Source: Vicugna vicugna
Taxonomy: Eukaryota
Assembly: GCA_013265495.1 (NCBI GenBank)
Contig: MU058463.1
Span: forward strand, 434,001 to 498,000
Length of the DNA stretch: 64,000 bases
Direction: 5' to 3'
Made by a program: the position numbers and the translations under genes
Part shown: piece by piece, positions 12,801-26,194 of the stretch
How positions within the stretch are numbered: the stretch's first letter is position 1
Layout of the letters: the number at the start of each line of letters is the position of its first letter
The notes under the pieces: model-generated
Databases searched by the model: none
The model's input: only the letters and a program-made list of their open reading frames with translations
What the model was told of the DNA's origin: nothing

Positions 12801-12839
12801 TTAATTGTTTTGCACTTAATACTTTCAAGATGATCCCTG

Positions 12840-13200
12840 CAATCTGTAGTAAACATCTTGTATATTTATCTTTCCACCTATTTTGAAAAAGTACTTATAT
12901 TAAACTCAGAAACAGTCTTAGAGTGTAGGTACATTTTTTTCCAAATTATCTCTATTGCAATTAAATATTTGTACCAATCTATATACTTACAGTAAAGACT
13001 GTATGAGAGTGTTTGGATTTCCAAACCATGGCTGAGTTTGGGCATTATTTTGTAAATCTGTTAGGAGGAAATAAGCTTTCCTCAGTATCTTAGTTGGAGT
13101 ATCTATTTATTACTCAGTGATCTTAAAACAATTTCCTAATACAATACATACTTCAGTGTAAGTTAATTTTTCTGGACATTTTTAGATTTCATTTTCGGAA
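12840..13200 (-). mobile_element. L1ME-like fragment
   Basis: 'gtaaacatcttgtatattt', 'tgtaccaatctatatacttac...tgtatgagagtgttt'. Confidence 0.55.
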
Positions 13201-16200
13201 TTTTTTAATTAATAGCATTCATTATTACTTCAAAGAACTATAACTGCTGATTTGAAAGCAGTGCTGTTGCAGAAAATGCCATATATCTCAATTAATTTGA
13301 AGAATTATTTCACGAATTATGGACAGCGTATAAATAAAAAATAAAATGCATTTTATCTATAATCATTTCTAAATAGTGCCTGGAAACACATTTAATAATA
13401 AATGCAACCATTATGGTTTACAAAGTAATAAATATTGTAAATTTGCAAATACTAATTATATTATCATAAAAATAAATGAGTTTTTAATTGTATAATTATG
13501 TGAATGGAAACCTTTGACATGCCCTAAATCAATGTAAAAATGAAAATTTCATTCATGTTAAAAAATTTCAAAGTATTTGATAATTACAGACTGTTTCTAA
13601 CTTCAGTAGGAAAACAGAAGAAAAACAAAAATGAAGACAAAACATGAATATGATTTGTTGTCTTACCCAAGAGTATATGAGAACTGAAACCGTATGAAGA
13701 TTGATTTACCCTTTATCTCTGATGTGTACAGCTCTTTCAAGTCTTGATGGCTGTCACTATTATGATTAGGATTGAACATTAGCTCTCTTCACACAGCACT
13801 GGATAGATTAGAAGTAAAATGGGAATTTCTGACAGCCATGAGTTGGATATAACCATCCTGTTCATTTTCCTATTTGTTCTTGTTATATTTTTTATTTGAT
13901 GTTAGAAAACAAACACAAATTTGTAATTTTCCTTGTAAGGTAGCTAGTATATTATGATTTTCTGCCATAACAGAGTAATTTTTCTTCACACTGAGATGAA
14001 AACCTGTAAAAATATAACTAACAATATCCCCTCTGATATTATTTTAAAGAATAACTTGTTTCTGTAACATTAGTTACTATAACTTAAGGAATATACCAAG
14101 AAAGAGATGAATTAACTAATACATGTATATAATTTAAAAGGTGATTTTGTTATTATAAATAAGTTTTAGGTTATTACATGATTACTAAATTATTAACTTT
14201 ACATATGTGTGCCTCTAATTGTTGAACGTGTATCTTAAAATATTTTTATTGTCGAGTTAAAAACATACTAATAATTGTTGCTATATAAATAAAACTTGCA
14301 TATGAGATATGCTTTAGAAGTAAGTAGCAATAGAAATTCACATTTATGGGGTTAAATACATTGTTTCAAACAAAATTAATAGAATAGATCAGATTCAATA
14401 ATACACATTGAAAATGTTTATTTATGAATAAAGACTTATAGTGAAGAAAATATACATTCAATTCAATATAAATTCAATATATTTGAGTGAAAAAATAATG
14501 GATTCTGATACCTGCTTCATTATATTATACTTAAATACACTCTCAGTCTTTTTTCTGTGTATGTGTGTTTTATTCTTCCTGATAAGTACCATATTTTACA
14601 TTACTTTTTATTCTTGAAAGCAATTAACACAAGGTTTACTAAACAGTATGCACCAAACGTGTTTGTTCCAATGACAAATATATAAATGTTAGAGATTCTA
14701 TCACAGACTGAGTGTACATTCCTAGAGATCACAATAAATAATAGATATTTGTTATCTATTAAGTAACACCATGTGTATCCATATGATGAGATAATCTACA
14801 CACATAAATAACCTTATAATAGTAGAATATTTAATGATGTTAATAAATGTTCATGATTTAAAAGTGTGGGTAAATTTTTTATTTAAAGCAGATATAAAAT
14901 ATAAATATAAAATATAAATATATGACTTTAGATAATTATAATGTTTTATTTGAATATGCCCAATGGAATAGTAAATTTTAAAAGAGAAAAAACTAAAAAA
15001 TATCAGTTACTTCAGTATTTATGGCATGTCCCTTTTACTTTTAAACACTGAAATAAAATGAAAACATTACTATAAATGACAAATATTAATATATCAACAA
15101 AAGCTTAAAAATTATTGTGTGATGAAGCACTCTGCTGAGGAATCTGATTTATAGTTAAAAAGTTGAGTTTTTTTTCATGTAAAAATCTTAAAGAAAATAT
15201 AAACATCTAACTATTTTTCATCCTTCTAGCCATCCATTCATCCATTAAATCCAGTGATTTTTTTAGATACCTGTCTATCCAACTACATACAATAAAACCT
15301 TATTAAAAAGAAAGCACATCCATACATATATATAAAATAATACATAAATACTTTGACTTTTACATATATTATTTTTATTTTATTATTATATGTACAAATC
15401 CATCTGTTTATTTGTCTGTCTACATGTCTGTCTGTCTATATGTCAGTCTGTCTCTATTATCTCTCCCATAGGGTCCTTAAAGTCCAGGTAGCAACTTTCA
15501 ATTTATGTTGCAGTTTAGTTACTCAAAGTGAAGCCTTCAGAGCCAAATTACTTAGCCAAGTATGTCTGGCTACAGTGGGCACAGAGGCAAATGCAAAATT
15601 ATTTTTTAGAACAAAGATTACTTGGGTATTGGAAAAAACTATTTAAGAGATGAGATATTTCTGAAGATGAGGTAAAGGGTTGCTAATCAACTGAATAATT
15701 GGTTTTCCTGTTTCGCTTTTACAGATAAGCCTCAGAGACTTAATGTGGCTACGCATTTGACATAAAAGGAGAATAAAACAAGCAAGTAATAATGATTTCA
15801 TAGTTTGTAGCTTCTTACTGAAATCACATTCTAATTATGAATAATTTGTTTGAATGATCTATACATCAATTTTTTTAATCTTAAATTCAAGAATATGTAT
15901 TTATTTTAAACATTTATATAGTTTTATAAAATAGTCTTCCATTTCCACTTGGGCATCTCTGAAAGTACTTTCCTATTTCCTATTTCTTTTCCCATTAAGC
16001 TTCCTTCACACTTAAAACATACCTAACTTTGCCCCATCCCTACATAAAACTTTCTTCATGTTTTCTATGAGAAAAAGTCCAAAGTTATGGGCATAAGACC
16101 ATAAAAATGATAAGAAAAATACTATGCTGAAATTACTAAAATTAAATAAACAAATTTCATGTTTTCTCTGAGTAAGACACTTTATAAAGCCATTTATACT

Positions 16201-16479
16201 TAACAGCAAATTTAGTTGCTCTAAATCACAATGAACTAAGGTGTATCTTCAGTTTAGCAATGAAGAACTGAAGCAAATTCCCAAAGATGGCAAACGAGAG
16301 ATCCAGATGAAAGCTCTGGTATCTCTAATAACAAAGCTGTGCTTTAAAGCTAGGCTACTCAGGGTAAGATTCTCTAAGATTCTACGATCTTGCCTGTTCT
16401 GCTCACTTTGCCTCTGCCTAACAAATCTTAATAAACATAATACTCTTAGGTTTAAAGCAGGCACACCTTTATTAAACTA

Positions 16480-16735
16480 GTCATTCCGAAAAGTCCTTCT
16501 ACATTTTGCTTGCTTCATGAATTTCCTCCTTCTTTCCTGAATGAAGCAAACTGCACACTGAAAGCATAGATTTAAAATACTGTTATCTTGTTCTACTATC
16601 ATTATATGTATATGCCTTCTTCTCCCATTTAAGTTGCCTTAAATAAAAAATATGTCTTTTTTAAATAGTCGTATGTCCAATATCTGGCAAAGTTTATGGC
16701 ATGAAGTAAGAATTCATGAATCTTTGTTGAATTAA
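16480..16735 (+). mobile_element. L2 3' end
   Basis: 'atctggcaaagtttatggcatgaagtaagaattcatgaatctttgttgaatt' matches the L2 terminus pattern. Confidence 0.65.
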
Positions 16736-16850
16736 TTCAATTCATTTAGATTTAATTTTAAAGACATTTATTAGCTAATCACTATGCAAATCACTGAGAA
16801 AGCCAAATATAAAAAGAGACAAGGTTACTGCTTACTAGGAATATGTAATC
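16736..16850 (-). mobile_element. L2 3' end, opposite orientation
   Basis: 'ttcattt...acatttattagctaatcactatgcaaatcactgag...aagagacaagg' is the antisense L2 terminus pattern. Confidence 0.55.
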
Positions 16851-17875
16851 ACATTGTGTATATTATCATTATCAAGGCTACTGTTTCCCTACTGATTATT
16901 CATAAAGATCAAAAACTATTTTAGTTGTCATTTATCAATAGATGAAATACATATTTCAAAATTTTCATTTCAAATCAGAACTATTTGAAAGCTATCCAGT
17001 ATGTTCAGAATAAGTATATACAGAAATTAATATAGCATTTTAAAGTAGTTTCACTGTCACATCTTCAGTTGTTTTTATCACACACCAGAACACCACTAGC
17101 TGCAGTGCTGATTTTAACATTCTTTTACCTATGTGATATTTTATTAACTATAAAATGTATAAAGGACACCAATTGCAAAAGATCAATAAGTATTAAAATA
17201 ATAATTTCACTATCTATCTAAATTTTATCTAGTACCTCAGATATATCTATATCTGTATCTATATCTACATCTATATCTAATCTGTCTATGTATATCATCT
17301 CTCTATATATACAACTGTATGTCAATATTATTACATATAAAGGGGCTATAATTTTACTGGCATTAAATATTTTTCACTACCTTTTAAAAAATATGCAAGG
17401 AGAGTTTGAAATTAAATTATTGAAAAAAAGACTGTGAATAGCATAAGAAGAAAAAATATGGAACATTTAAACATAAGTTAATTTTAAGAGCAAAATGAAA
17501 AAAATCATAACAGCACTAATGTATATATTCTTGATATAATACGTACTTAAATTTTACACTCTTTTTGATATTTAGATTTAGTCCCTAAAATAAGTAAATT
17601 ATATTTTAATTTACACTTATTTCTCAGCAATATTTTCACTTATTTCTTAGCAAATTTTATTTACCATTATATTTTGTACTCAATAAAGTAAATGTTTATA
17701 TTTATGTATATGCTTTAAATATATATTATGAATATTATTGAAAGTCAACTTATTATTCCAAATGTTATATTAAAATGTATTTGTTTACTTTAAATCACTA
17801 ATTATAAGTAAAATGATAAAATATTAAAGATTGTTAAGGAATGTGTCATATATCTGCATGGGTGGCAAATATTGG

Positions 17876-17877
17876 TA

Positions 17878-17915
<38 letters not shown>
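17876..17915. repeat. (TG)n microsatellite
   Basis: Seen directly. Confidence 0.95.
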
Positions 17916-17916
<1 letters not shown>

Positions 17917-18609
17917 TATATACATAATACCCCTCTGATGATTGAAACAAATGAAACATTATTGAGGCACCATTTTTCCCACCAATTTATAACATACAAG
18001 ATACCAGTACTGGCCACATTTACTCTTAGATCTGATCAACATCATCCTTTCTAATTTCCTTTGTTATCCTCAACTGGTTCAACACTGAATAATGTGGACA
18101 AATATCTTGCTAAATCCAAATGCAGAACAATCAATTTTTGTAAACACAGAAATGTCAATAATGATATTACCAAAGCCATATGCCATACAATGTATGGTGA
18201 ATCACAGGCTTTGTCTGTTTACAGGTTAAAGGAAATATTTTTACATGACTGTCAACATATATCTCTCTTATATGTCTGGCACTGCTTTATGCACTAGAGA
18301 TTCAGTTTAGCATCGGATTACTGTCATGAGTCAACTTCCACTATATGGCTTTATTTTTAACATTGCTGTATGTTGAAATAAGTGAAATATTATTGAGAGT
18401 GAGTAAAAACTTGAAATTTCACAGGATATTAATGAAATGATCTTTTATTTGTATAAATTCTCATTCATATGTAACTTATCAGGAAATACAATTAGCTATA
18501 TTTTAAAAATATATTTAACTTAAGATATTAATTGAGCTACTTAGCCTCTCAATGAGTCACCACGATCTCATCTTAATATTTTTATGAACCTACCATAGGC
18601 TCATAACAA

Positions 18610-19745
18610 ATAATTCAGAGTGATCCTTTAAATTATATAAATTCATATTACTCAGTGGCAAAAACCCTACACATCTCTAATTCTTTCCAGAGTGAAAACC
18701 AAATTGTAAAAATGGCATACATAGTTGTATATAATCTGACTTACTGTCACCTCTTGACTTCATAGCCTTCCACTTTTCACTTTATTTTCTTCCTCCAAAC
18801 ACCACTGGCTTCCTTGTTTGCTAAATTAAACTTTTAAATCAGGGCCCTTTCACTGTTTACTCTGTCTGAAATAGTCTTTCATAAAATAACCAAAGAGCTA
18901 ACTCTGTAATCTTTCTTATATTTGTTCTTATAAACCACCTTATCAATGAGACTTAGTTCAACTACTTTATTTAAATTTGCAACCTGGCTCCAGCACACTA
19001 CATTAGCTTTACCTTTCTCTACCTTTTCCATTTTTTTTTCCCTATAGCACTTATCACCTCTTATTTTTAGTGTCAGTCAAGACACCAAACCTGAAAAACA
19101 TCATATATTGGATTATATTATTAGAGAGGGATTTCACACAAGTACGGTTTACAAAGGTATTTGAAATGGGTGGAATTATAAAGTATGGTATGAAAATACA
19201 CTGTTACGGTGGGTAGGTCCAGAAGGGCAGGGCAAGAGAGTGGTTACAGAAAATGGCAAGAGTCATGTACAGAGGACTGCATTGGTAGAAGTAGTGTCCT
19301 TGTGTCAAGGGACACAGCTTGCGCTAGAGAGCTAGACCCAGAGGGAGGATCTGGAGCAATAAACTCCATTATCCATTCAACATCCCTCCCTACTTTGAAC
19401 AGGAACTCCCCATCTGCTAAATCTAATCAGAAGCCAGAAAGTTGAAGGGGAGAGTGGAATTAGTTCATACAGGTCTGCCACCTGTACGATATAGAGACCA
19501 TGATGGAGAAGCATGAAAGGTGGATCCAGAGTGACATTCAGAAAAAAATCTAGCACCACCATATAACTAATACATGAACAGTCAATGTATTTCATCAATA
19601 TATTACATTGACTACTAGGTATCTGTCTTCTCTTTCTGGTATATAAGCAACATGATGGTTCAGTTCACTTATGTATTTCAAGCACTAAGATTAGTAGTAC
19701 TTACCCCATAATAAGCACTCGATAGTTGCTAAATGAATGCTGAAT
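18610..19745 (+). mobile_element. L2a 3' region interrupted by an ERVL LTR
   Basis: 'cagagtgatcctttaaa', 'ccactggcttccttg', 'tcagggccctttcactg', 'tagcacttatcacc'; resumes after 19557 to the tail 'aagcactcgatagttgctaaatgaatg'. Confidence 0.8.
19065..19557 (-). mobile_element. ERVL LTR (LTR41/LTR33-like)
   Basis: Reverse complement begins 'gtgctagattttt...ctctggatccacctttc...gcagacctgtatgaac...ttctggcttctgattagatttagcagatggggag', matching the recalled LTR41 5' end. Confidence 0.8.
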
Positions 19746-20059
19746 AAGCTAATACATAAGAAATCTAACAGAAATAATCATAGTAATAACTGTTGATATG
19801 TAATAATGACAATAGTATCTCTATCAGTTATTTGTTGTGGGTCCCTCAGCAAGATATTTAACAGATATGTAATGTCCTCTTCTATAAAGCAAAAGATAAA
19901 TACAAAATATAAACATTACATATAATATTGCATATAAATAAATAATATTTATGTATAAACATATATACATAAATACATTATATTTATGTATAATATATAT
20001 GATCTCAATCACAAAGAAAGCAAAGCACTTAATCTGAGACAAGTTACAGAATAATAATA

Positions 20060-20205
20060 ATACATGACACACGGTTCAAGGTTCTTTTATGTATTACCTA
20101 CTCAATTCTTAAAACAATTCAAAGGAATGATGACTCCTATTATCATCACTTTCAGATTAAAACACAGAGATGTATAATATTGTGTGACTTCTCTAAAGTC
20201 ACATT
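20060..20205 (-). mobile_element. MIR SINE
   Basis: 'tttatgtattacctactcaattcttaaaacaa...ctattatcatcactttcagattaaaacacagag...gtgacttctctaaagtcaca'. Confidence 0.75.
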
Positions 20206-21746
20206 TAAGCAATACAAACTGTAACTTACACAATAAATGTTAGCTATTTTTAAAGTTTCATCTGTATTTATATTTTTAATTTTATTTCTCATAAATATCT
20301 CAAAAACTTTCACCACGCAGCAATTAAAGACATTAATTTGACTTGTCACTTTTGTAAAATTATATGATATATATACTTTGCACTATATGTCATCTGTTAT
20401 CATTGTTACTATGTGATGTGTCTTACCTTACAATTGAGATACATACATATAATATATAGTATGTAATATATTAAACTATAAAAATAAACATATTGCATTT
20501 ATTTTTAAAGTCTAACTATTTTTATGTAACAACATAAATGAAATGAGTTGGCACTGCTACACACAGCACACACACAGAATTATTGTGGCAGTTTTCTCAA
20601 GGCAAACACTTTCTGATCTTAAGTATGTATCCTCACTTTCATGAATTATTTTTCCTGATATCCTCACCTCATTATAGGCATTGCACCTAAAATGATGGCA
20701 GGCATTAAGATATAATCCTGTGGGTCTTGAAAACTTTCCAGTCTTCAAAGAAACCTTGTATCTAAGCAAGTGTTGTTAGGACTCCATATAATCATTATCT
20801 GCTTGTACTTCAGTGTTAATTTGAGAGAGAGAAGTATAACAGAGAATTTAGCAATGAATGTGACTTCTAAGAAAGGAATGTTCAATTAAAGTATAATTAA
20901 ATGGTAGTCACTCAGGCAAAAACATTTCTTTCCGAACTTTGCCTAATCATATGGGCAATTGTACAATCAGTAAGGCGAGGGTTAAGAATCATAAAAAGAG
21001 AAGCCAGTAGTTTATTTTAGAAGTGAAAAATGTAGAAATGATCATTTTGTAGTCATATGATAATCCACAGTATTGCAATCACAATTTAGGAAAACTCATT
21101 GATTTACAAAATTGAACAGTGGACATCCTAAACGGGACAGCTGAGACTCCCAAATTACATTGTATCAGAGCCTCTAGAGTATGTACGCAAGTTAAATGTA
21201 AAAAGAATGTGCTGTGCTCACAAGCCATTTTTATTTGCAACAAGGAATTTTAATGATCATGGTTTCATTGCTGACTTCCATGCTCAACTATCCTACAAAT
21301 TACTCTCTTGGGAAATAAAGTATTTGAGCACTAGAAACAATAGCTCTCTCTCATCGACAATTACTTGTGTAATTAGTGATTCTGAAACAGACTTCAATTT
21401 AACACATTACTCAGGGTTTTATGGTTTACTTAAATCAATATTTATTATTATTATTAGGTCATGAGTTGAACAATATAAATGTGTTTCCCAAATATACATA
21501 TATAAATTTAAATTTGAATTTTTACCATAAAATGATACTGATATATCAGAAATTAAATAGATTGTTACAATTGCAGAGTTTCATAAACAGATATTTGATA
21601 AGATTAAACGTATGTGGCCAAGTTACTGGGAAATATTCTCCTTTCTGCTGTGTATCTTTAAACAAATAGACACCTCTTTAGTCATTTATCAGCTTACATC
21701 TTAAAACTAGAAGATTAATATTTAGCTTTATTAATTCTAGATGAAT

Positions 21747-21918
21747 CAGTACCTTGCTACTCAAAGTGTAATCCATGGACCAGCAACATTACTATCACAT
21801 TGGAACTTGTTAGAAATACAGAATCATAAGTACCACTCCAGATCTACTGAATTAGAGTCTGCATTTTAACAAAATTCTTAGGTAATGTATGTGTTCACTG
21901 AAGTTTTATAAGGGTTCT
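21747..21918. mobile_element. MER5A hAT-Charlie MITE
   Basis: 'ctactcaaagtgtaatccatggaccagcaacatt...gaacttgttagaaatacagaatc...ctactgaattagagtctgcattttaacaa'. Confidence 0.88.
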
Positions 21919-22029
21919 AGTAGACAGGTGAGAATATAGGATTGCTGCTAACATTTTTGAGATTGGTGAGACTCACGTTCAAGTATCTCAAAAAGTAAAA
22001 GAAAGCAAGTAATAAACAAAAATCAATTT

Positions 22030-22805
22030 TGCAGCTCTGGACCTGCATTTCTTCTGGCTACATTTGGCTGAAACAGAAGAGTACCAGCCTCCTTTAGATG
22101 GAGAACTGTCTGCTGAATTAATTATGCTACTTGCCTTGTTTGTCATCCACATTTGAGTTTTAGGCCCCTAATTAAAAAAAAAAAAAAGGCAGGGCTATTT
22201 TTGTGATTCTATTTTACTCATAAATTTTAGCATTCTCTTTAAGCCATAACTTAACTGATGCAGCCCTGATTCCAACCTTGGTCAGATATATTTTGCACAC
22301 TCTCTAACTTGTAAGGGAGGAGTCACAGCAGAGGTTATGAGCATTTCCATGTGGAACCAAAGTAAGAATCTTGTGAATGTTGGAAGCTCAATTAGGTATT
22401 TATACTGGATTAGTGAACATGAAACCAATGTCACTAAAAGCATGGATAACTCTTATGCTTATTAACTCACAGCAATATATCTTGGCTTTCTTCCCAGCAC
22501 ACCAGGACAGGGAATGTAGAAGAGGTAACCTAGAGTTGAGGCATAAGACATTAGATAAAATATATTCTTGTTGGTCCTTGGATGTCATGGCTGTAGTAGT
22601 CGATTCCCAAGAATATGGCTATAATAGCAGTTGTTCAGTCACAGATCTGAATGCTTCTTCCTGATATACAGTATCACAGTCAGAAAGACACTGCTGGGTG
22701 GCTCCTCTCCTGTTTGGCTTAGGTCCAGAATGTACAACTGCCCTGAAACCTAAGTCCTGATTTCTAAGTCTTCTTGAAATTCATATTTACATATTAAACC
22801 CTTTA
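22030..22805 (+). mobile_element. Probable ancient LTR remnant (family uncertain)
   Basis: Locally higher GC, ending in a U5-like 'cttgaaattcatatttacatattaaaccc'. Confidence 0.35.
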
Positions 22806-22819
22806 TGTTTTTTCCACTT

Positions 22820-23200
22820 AAAAAGTCTATTTATTGAGGTGTGACTAATATACAGAAGCTGTACATATTTAATATATATAACTTGATGAGTTTACAGATA
22901 AGTATACTTTTGGGAAACCATCACCACAATCAATGCCATAAACATAACCATCACCTCCAAAAGTTTCTTCTTGCCCTCTTTATTGCTAAATTGTTATCAT
23001 CATTATTATTATTATTGATAAGAATATTTCTTAGTGAATTTTTAAGTATGTAATACAGTACTATTAACTATAGCCTCTGTGCTGTACAGCAGATCTCTAG
23101 CACTTTTTCAATACTAAAACTTCACTCTTTGACTAATACCACCCAATGTCCTTCTCCTCTAGCCGCTTGCTGTTACTTTTCTATCTGCTGCTGAGTTTGC
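22820..23200 (-). mobile_element. L1MA-type 3' UTR, non-inverted part of a 5'-inverted L1
   Basis: 'tttattgaggtgtgactaatatacagaagctgtacatatttaa...ccatcacctccaaaagtttc...gctgtacagcagatctctag...gagtttg'. Confidence 0.88.
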
Positions 23201-23209
23201 TTTATATAA

Positions 23210-23396
23210 AGTAAAAATTTTAGATAAAGAAAATATGTCATACATGTACAAGGAACTATTATTAGGCCTTAAAAAAGAAGGAAATATTGCCTTTTGCAAT
23301 TCCTTGCTTGACCTTGGGAGACATTATACTTTGTGAAATAAGCCAGACACAGAAAAACAAATACTGCATGATACCTCTTATATGAGGCAGTTAAAG
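23210..23396 (+). mobile_element. L1 ORF2-end segment, inverted part of the same insertion
   Basis: 'gataaagaaaatatgtcatac...aaaaaagaaggaaatattgcc...gtgaaataagccagacacagaaaaacaaatactgcatgatacctcttatatgagg'. Confidence 0.88.
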
Positions 23397-24094
23397 TATT
23401 TTCTCCATTTCTGATATCATAGGCATCCAGTAAATTGATTCTACTATACTTAAGGAGGACCAACCTTCTCCTATTGATGCACATATGCATAACCCTGATG
23501 AGTATATGTTTCATTACTCAGCATATTTTCCTTTATTGGTAATGATGTAACAAAATGTAGCTTAAACAAAGCAACATTTAAAGAAAGCCTAAATACAAAT
23601 AATCAGTTAAACTCCCACATTATGCCCAAAATATCAAACATAATTACCATCAAGATGGAGACTGTTTTACTAAAATTGTGTTCTTTGAGTTGGCTTTCTT
23701 ATTTCATATTTATAGTATTTGCATTTTCAGGAAAATTTAATATAACCACTTAGTTAAAAATAAATACACTAAAAAAATGTATGCTACAATAATATTTTTC
23801 TTGGTCATTCTCCTCTGTGCTCAGTCATCTCAGCTTCCTCTTCAGAGTTACAAACTATGTAATTGATTGTGTATCCTTCTACAGAAAGTACACATACACA
23901 TACCACTTTAAACAAAGGTTAGTGTGTTTTATATATATATTCATATATACGTACATACTATTGGCAGGTTATATATGTATGTATGTTTCTGTGTATGGGT
24001 ATATGTATGATTAAATCAGAAATCTGCCTGATTATGTTTAATGATAATACTATATATTGTTTTTGTGTACCACAAGGGGTAGTGAAATATAATC

Positions 24095-24340
24095 AAAGGG
24101 AGCAGGAATTCAGGCCTCTGACTGCAGGGGTTTTCTTACCAGTTTCACTACTTCTTACCTCGGTTCTTGGGCAAGCTATTTATTCTCTTAGTGTATTGGT
24201 TTTCTAAACTATAATTTATTTGGAACACTACTAAAATGTATAAGAATGGTTGTTGTGAAAATAAATGAAATAGCAATAATAATAAAGAGCTTGGAAAAAC
24301 ACCTAAGCATTCAGAAATTGCTAAAAAAAAGTATTAATTT
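24095..24340 (+). mobile_element. MIR SINE
   Basis: 'cttgggcaagctatttattctctt...ggttgttgtgaaaataaatgaaat...aaagagcttggaaaaacacct'. Confidence 0.8.
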
Positions 24341-24349
24341 TATACAGTT

Positions 24350-25170
24350 AACTAGTTCTCTATTGATGATGAAAGTTAAATTGTTCATACACATGCAAAT
24401 TTTAAATCTGTAAATTTCCAGCAATTTCCAAAAGTACCAATCAATCTATAAAATAAATTTGTGGAGGTAGAGTTGCAAATTAAAACATGACACGTATGTT
24501 TATTGCCTCTTGATAATTCTAAATGTCTCTTCAGAAATTGTACCAGTTTTATAGCACTATGTATGTTTGTATGTTTTCCTTATAATGTCAATGGCTCTTC
24601 ATATTGTTCACTTTTTAGATTTTTTGTCAAATACTGGGTTGAATATATTTCAGTATGCTTTGGATATCCCCAAATTTTATTTGCCCAGTCCATTTTAATT
24701 GAATATTATCTTTTATTAGTTTCAAATATTAACTCAACAATCTACAATATTAATTGACCTGAAATCTACCTTTATAATCTACAAGTATTTCATATACAGT
24801 TGCATATTACATGATATGTAGCATATATTCATATACTGGTTTCTATTAATTAGTCTGCTGAATAAGTTACTAACACTAGGAATTTAAAATGATTGTACTT
24901 CTAAAAATATAGTCAAATATCTGGAAGGGTTAATCCATAGCCTTTCATTGTTTACACAAATATTTGGTACTTCTTAAATGATGGTTATTTTATAAATTTA
25001 CTGAATTTGTTTTTCCTAGATAAAATGCTGAGAGAAAAAATGGTTGCTTTTAAATGGATTCACAGAAGGTTATAGAATAATTTAGCTAAATTAATAGTAT
25101 TTATGTTTATAGTGTTCTTCATTTTAGCTTTCCACAATCTGGTATGTTTTTCTATATATTCATTTTTTTT
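24350..25170 (-). mobile_element. Degraded L1ME/L1M fragments
   Basis: 'cttcagaaattgtaccagtttta', 'tttatgtttatagtgttcttc...caatctggtatgttttt'. Confidence 0.45.
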
Positions 25171-26039
25171 AAATATAGGATTCATGGGGATTGAAGATTC
25201 TTTATATTAACCTGTAGTAGACCTACTGTTATTGTAGGTGGAAGGAAGAAAAATATACACCAGAGTGGGACATAGCTTTACTGAAGTTTTCACCACGGAT
25301 TTTTTTACTACTATATGCAACATAATTATAATATAAGGATATGACAAGCAGATAAATATTAATAATTCAAGACAGGAATGATGTATTCCATAAGAGAGGC
25401 TCATATACCAATTCTAGAGAAGTTATAATGAAGAAAAATTACCCCTTCTAAAGCCTTTTGGAGTATTTAGACTGTTGGAAACAGAAGAGCTGGTTTGTTG
25501 AGTGATGAGAGAATCCTGAGTCAGGTCATATAAGTAGCATATTACATTTGTAATGCATTTAGTTCAATTTGGTGATTAGATAGAGGAGAGTAGTGGAAGA
25601 AAAGCCTGAAAAGATAGGTTAAGTTCAGACTGAAGAGCTCTGTTCCCTGAGCTGAGACAATGCGGTATCTGTAGTACTTGTAGGCTCCTTCTGATTCTTG
25701 AGACGCAGGAAATGAATTGATGATCTCTCCCTGTCATTAGAGTGCAGTGCACTCAACTAGCTACCAGTTCCTTTCACAAGAAACCACTTTCTTCAGAACT
25801 AAAAAAGCCACAGAATGTACAACTCTTACATGCTCTCAGGACTACATGACCTTTTACTGTTTCTAAATCCAAGTCTGCTCATGTTCACAACTTTCAGTGT
25901 AACCAAAGCTAAATTCTTTTGTATTTTCTATCAGAACAGAACTGGCTTGAGGCAAAAGAAGTCAGGCTAGTCTACCACTAGAATTCTAAAATTACTATAT
26001 TCTTACCCCACAATTTAATTTTACTCCCCAATTTAATTT

Positions 26040-26190
26040 ATTAATTGATTACTTAAAAAACCTCTGTTCTAGATGCTCAAGGTTCAAAATCAATAAAATA
26101 ATACACTACCTTTGGTATTAAGAAGATAGACACGTAAACAGTCACAGTACAACATAATATGTGCTGTTAGTAGAAGCATGGAAAATAGGC
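26040..26190 (-). mobile_element. L2 3' fragment
   Basis: 'ctgttctagatgctcaaggttcaaaatcaataaaata...gatagacacgtaaacag...gtgctgttagtagaag'. Confidence 0.6.
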
Positions 26191-26194
26191 ATAC

